64,000 nucleotides of DNA from positions 248,001 through 312,000 of the forward strand of contig MU008174.1 in the NCBI GenBank assembly GCA_010909165.1, in the 5' to 3' direction. Of the stretch, positions 53,901 through 64,000 are shown piece by piece. Source of the stretch: Anthoceros angustus. Lineage: Eukaryota > Plantae > Anthocerotophyta. Below the pieces are notes generated by a model. That model searched no databases. It was given only the letters and a program-made list of their open reading frames with translations, and was not told where the DNA came from. The translations under genes were made by a program, and so were the position numbers. How positions within the stretch are numbered: position 1 is the stretch's first letter; every line of letters begins with the position of its first letter.

Positions 53901-56900
53901 ACGTGCTTCAAAGGCAACATGACATGACAGTAAACATCAAGTTGCACTCTCTAAAGATAGAGGATAAGTTACAAGGGCACATTTCTCCTTCCTGTCAGTA
54001 CATTGCTAAGTCAGTACTGTTCTCAAAGACCATGAATGGAGAAGCAGATGACTTCGAGGTATCTCCAATGGAGACAGGGCTACCAAGTCATCTACCTCAC
54101 AGTGCAAGTATGGGTGAAGAGGATGATGAGTATTACCGAGATGCACTGCCAGATTTTGGTGGGACCTCGCCAGACTCTCACTCTTCCACTCCGAGAGCCG
54201 TGTTCTCAAGCTTTGCATCTTCTAAATCCTCAGAGAAACTATCTGTGTTTGATACCACACCTTCTGTAAAGACTTTGCCCTTTTGGAGACTTGAATTTGC
54301 AAGTCTGCTAAAAGCAGAGTCACTGCTGGACCAAACGAAGGAACATAATGATGAAGGTGAAGCGGCTGACTTTGTTCGCATAAAAATTTCTTTCCGGGAA
54401 TCTGCTTCCCCTGAGTATGATGGTACCGATACCCAGGTGAGTCATCTACATGGCGAATGATTTTTGACTATTTTCATGAAGTACTTCATCACTTAGTATT
54501 CTAACAAAATCCTTGGAATTTGAAACCCAGATAAGCATACGTGTTGCAACTTTGGACTTCTTCTGCAACAGGCCAACAATTGTAACCTTGATTGAGTTTG
54601 GGTGTGCTTTAAGTGAAATATTGGCAGACATTGGAGAGCCTGCCCAAGACAGGGATTTGATGTCTGATGGGGAGTCGCATTTAGATACTGCAGAGCCCAA
54701 GGGTCGTGATGTTGTTAAAGGATTGCTGGGTCGTGGCAAATCCCGGGTGGTATTCAGGCTGAAAATGGACATGGAAAGTGCCAGAATTTATCTAAACAAG
54801 GAAGACGGGTCACTTCTTGCTATGCTGGCACAAGAGAAGTTTCAAATGGACTTGAAAGTGAGCCCTTTTGAAGACACTGAGCTTTGTTTCTGATGTTGTA
54901 CTGCCGTTCTCTAAGTTGCCAGCTGTGAAAAACTTGAAGTCACTGGTCGATGTCGGCCCTTTGAAATGTTTGTCAAGACATTCGGAGAATCCTAGTATGC
55001 TGTATGCTATGCGTTGCGAATATGAAGAGTTGCCGTAGGCAGAAATATCTAACTTAGTTTTTCTGGGGCAGGTATATCCAGGCTCGTTCATCATTGCAGG
55101 TACACTAGGGAACTTGCGAGTTTGTGATATGCTTCTAGGTGCAGAGCATCAATGGGGTTGGTTTTGTGACATGCGTGATCCAAATTGTGAGTCTCTTGTA
55201 AAGGTACTCTCTGTACTTTATAGCCGATCTGCTTCTTCTAGCCTCCTCAACATGTGAGTCCATCAGGCAAGTCGCTCATTCATGGTTGCTTGTTTGATCA
55301 TTTCTTGAGCAGCTGGAGTTTCAATCCTTCAACAAGGATGATGATGATTTTGAAGGTTATGATTATAGTCTTTCTGGAAAATTGTCAGCTGTTCGGATTG
55401 TTTTCCTCTACAGGTTCATTCAAGAGGTACAAGTTTTTAAGCTGCTCTGAATTTGTTGGCTTGTTCAGCTCCGCGTATGCAACTGCGTAATGTGTCCTGT
55501 ATTGGCTTGGCTATCATAATTTGGTTCTGGTTGCAATATTGTGGAGGGGGAACCAATATCTGATTTGCGCTCTGATATGCAGATCACAGAATATTTCATG
55601 GCCCTTGCTATGCCGCAAGTCCAGCAGATGATCATGGTTGTCGATGAAGTTGGGTCTATTGGACGTCTATTTCAGCAATTTGAAATGGATGGTGCCCCAG
55701 CTGTCAAGCTAAATGTTGGGCTTGATACGCCTGTCATTATCATGCCACGGAGCTCTTCAAGCAGAGAGTATGTGGTCTGAGAGTTTTTTGCACTACTACC
55801 AATAAGCCTAATGAAACTTCATTTCTATCAGATCTCTTGTTAACTAAATGGATCATGTTTCTAGATCCTCTGCGAGACGACTCCCAGGTGCCAGTAACTA
55901 TCGTGTATGCAGGTTTATGCAGGTTGACTTGGGACACCTTCAGGTAATTAACGAGTTTGAGTGGTATGGTGGAACGAAAGAGGATCCTTCAGCTGTGCAT
56001 ATGGATGTCCTATACGCCGAGGTGTGCTCTTCTTGCTCTCAGAAAGCTTCTCAATTTGTACCATTATTTGTCAGAACTCTTACCTTGCCATGTGACTAGC
56101 ATTGTCCAAGTGTTTTTAAGTCTCTGACTCCTACCTTGTGATACTGTACTCCAGATGGCTGGTATCAACATGGTAGTGGGCATTGATGGTGTCCCAGGGA
56201 AGGACATGGTTCAAGAGGCTCGTGGCCTTCATGTGAAAGTCAGAAGACCTCTCAGGGACTTGCTTAAAAAAGTGGCTGAGGTACAGGTGGATGTCCAGGT
56301 AAAAGACCTCATTTGCTGTTGGTGAAGCACCTTTAGTCTGTTGTGTGCTCAGATCTTGATTTGAAAGACCATCACAAGTTGAGGAAGGATGATTGACTGT
56401 GGTAAATCTTTGTATCTGGCTCATGCATTTCTGGATTGCCTCTTCTTTATAAAACCTGTGTGGAGGAGTTCATTAGCATAGTGCAAAAGAATGAAAGAAT
56501 GCAGTGGTAACACATGAACTAATCCTTTATTGTTAATGTTAGATTGAGAAGCTATCAGGAATTATGTCCGACAAAGAGTACCTTGTCATTACTGACTGTG
56601 CTGCTACAAATCTAGCTGAGCTGCCTAATCTTCCGCCCAGCTTTCGAGAGGACTCTGGAGGAGTCGACAGAGTCAATGAGGACATTGCTGAATTTCAGAA
56701 GCAGGAATCTGAGGAACCTGATAGTGGCACAAAACTTGAGCAAGCAGCCAGTAGCTGGACTACACTTCGGGTCAATGTGCATGTGCAACATGCGGAGCTA
56801 GAGCTGTACACTGGCCTGGAAAGAGAATCACCATTGGCTCGGTTAGAGGTAAATCTTGTAGATTGTTTTGAGGAGAGTTGGTTGATTTGCATACAATAAC

Positions 56901-59900
56901 ATTCTGATATCTTCCTTTTGAAACATCCTGCTGTGTTTGCAGATGCAGGGATTTTGGTTGGGTTATTGTGTTACTTCAATTCAAGAGTTGGATGTTTATG
57001 TTACCCTGCCCAATCTTTCAGTTATTGATCTTCGTCCTGACACCAAGCCAGAGATGCGATTAATGCTGGGTTCTATGACAGAAGTGGAAAGCAGCTACAC
57101 TCCTTCTGAATCAAGCGATGCAGAGCAGGGTTTAGCTGTGAGTTCACCTTCAGAATCCAGTGTTCCTCGCCTTACCATGTTGGTGATGGATATTAGAATA
57201 AAGCAGATGTCTCAGGCAGTCGTTATCCGCGTCCAACGCCCGAGGCTTCTTGTTGTGGTGGACTTTCTACTGGCCGTTGGGCAGTTCTTTGTGCCTTCCC
57301 TTGGTGCTCTCACAGGGCAGGATGAGCTCGCAGCCGACCCTATCCTGGCAGGGAACCATATAAGATTGGAGTCAGCTGTCCATGAGCAAAAACATGGGCT
57401 AGTCTGCTTGTCTTTCGAACAACAGCTTATTGCTGAAGCACATGATATTGACGAGTTTGTTTATGATGGTTGTGGACATTCGCTTTGGCTAAAAGCAAAG
57501 GATCACACCACTGGCGAGTCCCTGAGAGATACAGAACCTTTCATCATTGTTGGATGTGGGAAAAAGTTGCGGTTCAGGAACGTTGTTATTAAGGTTGGTG
57601 ATTTCAAGGTTGTACGCAGTTAGTTGGCAATCAGACTTTTTATTCTAATTGGATGCATGAATCAGACATATGAACACACTTTGATGTGGATTTTGCATGC
57701 AGAATGCTCATTTTTTGCCCGAGGTCGTCCATCTTAGCACTGACAGCAGCTACTCCGTGTTACCGGAGGACGCTGTTGTGCTGGAAGGGTTCAGTGCTGA
57801 AACTGACAGCTTGGAGCTAATTCAAAAGGATTCCATTGGGGATGGACAAAAACCTGAACCAGCAGATGCAATCGACTTTGTTTTAGATGTACAGGTTCGT
57901 TGAGAATTATCCTCGAGTTGCCTCACCATTCATGGCACATTGTTTCGTGTGTGTGGGTGCAACTACATCACTACGAATTTCTTAGGCCTACTGCAGATCT
58001 CTTGAAACTGTAGATCTTCTTGATCCAAAGCCTTCTTGTCACCTGCTTCTATTGTGCTTAACTATGGTGCAGGCCATAGCTCCTGAGCTGACTTTCTACG
58101 ATAGCACAAAATGGCCAACTGGCGATCTGACCAGAAGGGAGAAGCTGCTCAGGGCAAAGATGGACGTGAATTTTATGTAGGTGGTTTTGGGATTTCTATG
58201 AAATGCCTCAGTTTCATTTGCAAAATGTTGAATCAATTTCTGGGATGTGCTGTGTCACTACTCTTCTCCGCAACAGGTTTGCTTCCAAGGGGAAGGACCA
58301 GTGGATCAGGGGCATTGTGAAGGGACTTAGTTTCGAGGGGGGTTCAGGCCTAGTGGTGGTTGAGCCCCTGGATGTGCAAGCCGAATATTCATATGTTCAA
58401 GAACGAACATTCATTTCAGCGTTTGCCTCAGACATATCGATGCGCCTTTCCTTCAATGTCATGCGTCTCATCCTACGATTCCAAGAGGATGCAATACTGA
58501 GGTTCAATTTTGGAGGCGACCATGTAGTTTCACGCTGTACACACTTTGACAGAATTTGGGTGAATTCATCAGGTCAGCTCATGGCGCTTAGATATGTTAG
58601 TTCGCGTCATATTTCGGAAATTATGTGTTATGCATGCTTTATGGTTGAAGCTCAAGCTGTTGCTGTGTGCAGGGAGCAACCCGGGACAACAGGTTGCAAT
58701 TTGGCGACCTAGATCACCTCAAGGATATGTGATATTGAGTGACTGTGCAACATCTGGGTAAGCTTGTCATTTGTGTTGCCAGGAAATTCATACTTGTGTG
58801 GATAGTCTAGACTTGTTGAGCAGTAGCTAAGGATGTTGGGATGACCATGTTCAGAGTGGCACCGCCATCACAGGCAGTCATGGCGTTAAGCAACAAATAT
58901 GGTCGTGTTAAAAAGCCTGTTCAGTTTGAGCTCATCTGGTCATCCCACGAAGGTTGTATGAAAAGTGGGGATCGGACAAGTAATCAGGAGGACAGTGATG
59001 TATGCTGCATATGGCTACCTGTGGCACCACCTGGCTATGTGGCCCTTGGCTGTGTGGCAGAGAGGGGAAACTCACCTCCATCAAGCAATGTTGTTCACTG
59101 TGTACATAAGGATCTGGTTACTTCAGCTTCAATCAGTGACTGCATCTTCTATATCTCTCCAGATGATAGGTCTGTGTTATATTCTCTTAGCTGTGCTATG
59201 TGCTCTAACAGAATTTGAACAACATCTGACATCAGTTTTTTCCATCAGAACCCAGAAGGATGGGAGCAGCATTTGGAGAATAGAGAATGCTGCAGGATCA
59301 TTCTTTGCCCACCATTCCATAGAGCCCCCTCCAAAGTTTTCCATGTGTGATTTGCGGGAGGTGCTCCGCCAGAGCACTTCTACAGCTTCTCATGAGACAG
59401 AGAAGGTGGGAGCAGATATAGCACAGGTGCCAAGTCATTCGAGAAGAGGATTGGATCGGAAACCCAGTGTGTCGAGGTCTGAAAGCATTGGAGCTTCACC
59501 TTCAGTTACTGGGAAGGTTTACGTGACAACTCCACAATTAGAGCGTGTCTGGTGGAACAAAGGAACGGATACAGGTCACATGGCTTCAATTTGGCGTCCA
59601 ATAGCACCTCCGGGTTACTCCATTGTTGGCGATTGCATTGTTGCTGGGCAAGTATAAATTCACATGTTTCTTTTTCAGTTTCGTGCAGACTTTCTAGGGT
59701 AGCCTTGCTGCATTGTTGATCAAAACTTCTTGCAGCGTTCTGAGATTCTTCTTTGCTGCAGGCTAGAGCCACCGGGCTTTGGTATTGTCGTGAGGGATGA
59801 CCCAGACCTTTTTGCCAAGCCTGTTAGATTTATGCCTCGCATGCACGCTCATGGCAAGGGAATGGAAGACGCTTTTATGTGGTTTCCTGTGTCTCCTCCA

Positions 59901-62900
59901 GGTTATGTTTCATTGGGCTGTGTAACCACAAAAACCTTGGAAAAACCACCTCTAGACTGTGTTCGTTGCGTTCGTATGAATCTAGTCAATCAGGCTAACT
60001 TGTCTGCTCGAGCCCTTTTTCAAATGCAAGAAAATCGAGCTGGTTACAGCTGCAGCTTGTGGGCAGTCCAAAACCAGGCAAGGGATCAGCTCTCTTAATT
60101 GTGGTAGCTTGTGTTGAGGGCATGTTGCATCCTCTACAGCCAGGTTGACAAGTAAACTGGTCTCTCATGTGAATCAGGCCAACACCTTTATCGCCAGGCC
60201 AGACCTAAAAAAGCCCCCTGAACGGATGGCTTATGCACTTGCTGAGACAGGGAAGCGGAAATTGCGAGACAACATCAGTGCGGAAATCAAAATCGGCCGC
60301 CTCTCAACAACAATATTCAATGATTTGAGTGGCTTGGTATGTTTCGTATTTATGTTAGTTTCCAGTGTGTTTGATGGCAAGAATTATTCTCAGGGATAAA
60401 TAGAGTTCTAACATCCATGCATTTTGAAGATGACACCATTGGTGAATACGACGACAACAAGCACCACGCTTGCAGCTAATGGACGAGCAGAGGCCTTGAA
60501 CGCAGTGGTCATCAGCACATTTGCTGCATCAACTTTCAACACTCAGCTTGAAGCTTGGGAACCTCTGATCGAACCATTTGAGGGTATCTTTAAGTACGTT
60601 GTACAATCTTTTTGACGAAGGTGCTTGGGTTTGCATAAGAAATTGCGTCCCCTCAACATTGATATCTAGTGTTGGCATGCCCGTTGCTGTCAAAAACTAG
60701 ATTGTCATGATGTCTCTGTCATGCTCAGATATGAATCTTATGATGCTGAATCTGAGGCCATCAAGTCAGGAAAGCGCATTCGGATCACGGCAACGAGTGT
60801 AGTTAATCTGGATGTGACCTCAGCAGGCTTAGACACTTGGATAGGGTCGCTTTCAGCATGGCGGAAGCAGGCTGCCCTTGAGCAGCAAGCACGACGAGCG
60901 GCTGAGCTGGTATTGGTCTTGCTTGATGTAAACTATTAGGGCTGGTGGATTGATCACAAGCTCCTTGTTCCAAAGAGGTGCAAACTGTAATGACATGTCC
61001 TAACTGATTGCAGGAAGAGAATGATTACAAGGATGATCTTGGCCTAGTTGTCAGCTCTGCACTCAGAGACGATGACTATGAAAAGCTGGTAGTTGAGAAT
61101 AAGCTTGGGTGCGAGCTTTTCCTCAAGACATCTATCGACAAATTTGAGGCAATTGAGCTATTAAGTGATGGGAAAAGCAGTGTGGTGCGAATGCCTCCAC
61201 TTCGATTTCCTGACAAGGTTATAAGCGTCGATGAATCAAGACCGGCTCGACAATTTGTAGCAGTTCACGTGTCTGAAGTCAGAGTGAGTACCTGTGCAGT
61301 TTGTAAAGAAATTACACAGTATTATGTTCTGGGCTTTTAAGTGTAGAACATAACGTTGTAGATCGTCACATTTTTTATGTTTAATGACTCTGTTCAGGAC
61401 CTCCCGATACGGGATGATGGAAATGGTCAAGATTATCTTTGTGCACTCAGGTTGGCTGTCAGAAAGCAGGGTTCAGAGCAACAGAAAGCACTTCCTCAAA
61501 GTGCAAGGTCCCGCTGTGTGAAGCCTTTTAGTCTTACGCAAGGCCCAGCATCGCTTCTTGCCACTGCTAAGTGGAATGAAGTGTTTATTTTTGAGGTACC
61601 AAGTCAGGTAAGGTCACTTTGAAGGTTGTGTTCTGGGTAGTAAAATGTCTTATGCTTGCCGGCTAAAATCGTCTGCCCAATTTTCCTGAAAATTCTGGGT
61701 AGTAAAATGTCTTATGCTTGCCGGCTAAAATCGTCTGCCCAATTTTCCTGAAAAACTATCTATTGCAACCTACAGGGTTCAGCAAATCTTGAGGTTGTGG
61801 TGACTAACCAGGCAGCAAGGGCTGGGAAAGGTCTGCTCACGTAATTGCTGATGGTGGCGTTTCTTGTTCATTGGTTCTGAAAGTCACTCGACCTTGCCAC
61901 TAGTATGATTTTGCCCTTGCTCTTACAGGAGAAGCAGTGGGAGTCATCTCTTTGCCAGTGCAAGAGGAAGAGGGTGCCCGTCTTGGACCTCGATCCTCAC
62001 TCTGGAACATAGTAAGGCATGCTGCAAAACAGGGCTCCCCATCTCGCTGGCCTTCTGCTGTGACAACAACGTTCAATTTGGTGCCTCCTAAGACAGTAAG
62101 TGCCTACTCTTTTGTGTCCTGAAAACGTCTCTAATCTTTCAGGTCAGTATTGTGTGGCATTTCTTAGCTGGTCTCGTGAGCATGTAGTTGTAAAGCTGAT
62201 GTAACTGATCCATAGCTTTTTCCTTTTGCCGCTTCTTATGAACTCAGGGAAATGACTCAGTGGAGACCTACTGTGGAGGAGTGATAGTAGTGAGCAAGTA
62301 CTTCTTCAGATCAAAATCAGACTGGCGGCCTCATGGAAATGGCAATGACGAAGAGTTTTTGGGTACAGATGTCGGGTTGCTGTTTGCAGTGGATCGTGAT
62401 GGCCCTTGGACAAGTATGCGATCGATTCTCCCTCTTGGGACTATTCCCAAGCAAGTAAGAGAACAGCAATTGGCGGTTGAAGTAATTACAGCACATGGGC
62501 ACAAGCAAGTCAATTTCCGAAGCCTTGTAACTGTTCTGAACAACACAGACACGTCCTTGGCAGTTGCAGTCTGCCCCCTGTCCCGTCTAAATAGTCCAGA
62601 TGGACTTACCAATGCTTCAGTAAGTGAGTCAGACATATATACTGAGGAGATATTTGAAAATCAGCGATATCAGCCTCTCCTGGGAGGGTGGGGTAACAGA
62701 TGGCCTGGACATTTCCTTCCCACTGATCCATATCATTGGAGCAACCGTGATTGCTCCAAGTCTAGTCAGGTGACCTGCTGTTCATATCCCTGTGAAGTTT
62801 TTCTTTGTTTCGTCTGGGAGTACTCCTCTATGCTAACTTGGCCATGGATGTCCCAGGATTCCCCTAATATTCAACTGCCACCAGGGTGGACCTGGAATTC

Positions 62901-64000
62901 AGACTGGCTCATAGACAAGTCTGGGCATGTTGACAGTGAAGGTTGGGCGTATGGAGAAAATTTTCAGAGCTTGCGATGGCCACCTGCATCCTCAAAGTGC
63001 AGTAAAAAGTCCACATTTGATTTTGTCCGTAGACGTCGGCTTTACAGGATTAGACAGAGGACTAGTCCTGTTTGTGGCCGACAAATTGTGGGAGTTGTGG
63101 AGCCTGGCTTATCAATACCAATACCCTGGGGCTGTATGGGTGCGAAGACAGACTTGTGTGTTCAAGTACGACCTCAATTGGATTGTAATTGGGGCCGAAC
63201 TGTGGGGAATGGGGGTTCCAATGCAGCATCCAGCGGCCCATCAAGCCAAGATTCTTGGTCTTCTGGAAGCTTGAAGTCACCTTCGAAACGCGGTGTTTCA
63301 GCTTCAGCATTTGCTCTTACCCAGTTAGCAAAAACTGAAGAGCTACTTTTTTGTCCTGGTCTTCAGAAGGGCCACAGCTGGTTGGCGATGGATGCAGATG
63401 CAATTGTCATCTATGATGACTTGAATATTCCACTGTATGACTGGAAATTGACAGTTAATGCTCCCCTGAAATTAGAAAATCGGTTACCGTGTACAGCTGA
63501 TTTTGTTGTCTGGGAGAAGCCTGCCAATGCACCTGCTATTCAACGGCAGCATGGTGTGGTGGGTTCAGGAGGTAGTGTATATGTGTACAGTGTAGATGTT
63601 CGAAGACCAATCTACCTGACTTGGCGCGCGCAAGGGGGCTGGAGACCTGAAAAGGTTTGTTCGATTTTCACTCAAGGGCATGTGGTTTCTTTGGCACAGG
63701 GTGGGTCCTGAAGTGGTGGCTTTTTGCGGTGCAGGATACGGTCTTGATCTCTGACCCGATGGCTGATGATCTTCCCTCTGGCTTCTGGATGGTGCACCAG
63801 AGAAGTGAGAGGTAAGCATTCATTCATTTCAAAGTGACAGAAATAGAGACCTGTTGGTGGATATCTGGATGGATGTTGCAACTTTTAAGGGTTCACTGCT
63901 GATAAGGCTAGCATCATCGCCACTAAAACAATGGTCTTCCAGGAAGCTACGCGTGAGTGTGGAACATGATTTTGGTGCAACAAAACTGGCAGCAAAGATA
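47930..64000 (+). CDS. VPS13: VPS13 lipid-transfer protein (plant VPS13M type with PH, Vps62-like, C2 and DysF-like modules); multi-exon, 3'-truncated by the window
   Basis: ATG at 47930 (MFEAH|), exon 2 from 48235 (VLNLLKKYLGEYVRGLSIEALKISVWKG), then DVVLKDLQLK, VPWNKL, PH-like WQSRWAVLAGPYLYILES, Vps62-like WxPxAPPGYVALG repeats, ENQRYQPLLGGWG, DSEGWAYG and PLKLENRLP. Dozens of short GT-AG introns. Confidence 0.96.
61631..61754. repeat. Perfect 62-bp tandem duplication in a VPS13 intron
   Basis: TTCTGGGTAG...TTTTCCTGAAAA at 61631-61692 and 61693-61754. Confidence 0.95.

Noticed and set aside
62260-63711. Separate 483-aa gene
   Set aside because: VPS13 exons joined by stop-free intron sequence; the same applies to the other + strand ORFs beyond 47930.

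Overview
Eukaryotic nuclear DNA from a non-seed land plant. A hornwort-like source is inferred from the short 75-120 bp introns, GC-rich exons, abundant PLS-class PPR genes and long-L PPR motifs. Host genes: ALKBH2 (-); a tandem PLS/E+ PPR cluster at 2.8-9.5 kb (-), made of one frameshifted two-gene chimera plus one intact gene; an intronless plastid aspartate kinase (-); TOM40 (-); an intronless CHZ/DEK-like histone chaperone (+); a head-to-head PPR pair at 34.2-39.1 kb; and the 5' part of a multi-exon VPS13 (+) that runs off the window. Two transposon nests lie at about 10.9-20.3 kb and 39.9-47.2 kb. They contain a MULE/SWIM transposase relic, an RPA70-C-like fragment, several CRE-like RLE non-LTR retrotransposon pieces and a CACTA Tnp2 relic. 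Best lead: a 20-bp stem 3 nt after the aspartate kinase stop codon buries a consensus 5' splice site of a predicted 76-nt 3'-UTR intron, and a competing pairing covers the branch point. This is a candidate structure-controlled splicing/NMD switch on a lysine/threonine/methionine pathway gene. Other leads are the in-frame PPR-PPR fusion, a microhomology inversion whose two breakpoints can both be reconstructed, and a ~700-bp fold-back. Homopolymer deletions at several loci (including TOM40 exon 1) suggest local long-read errors, so pseudogene calls need verification. All motif assignments are by eye; no database search was run.
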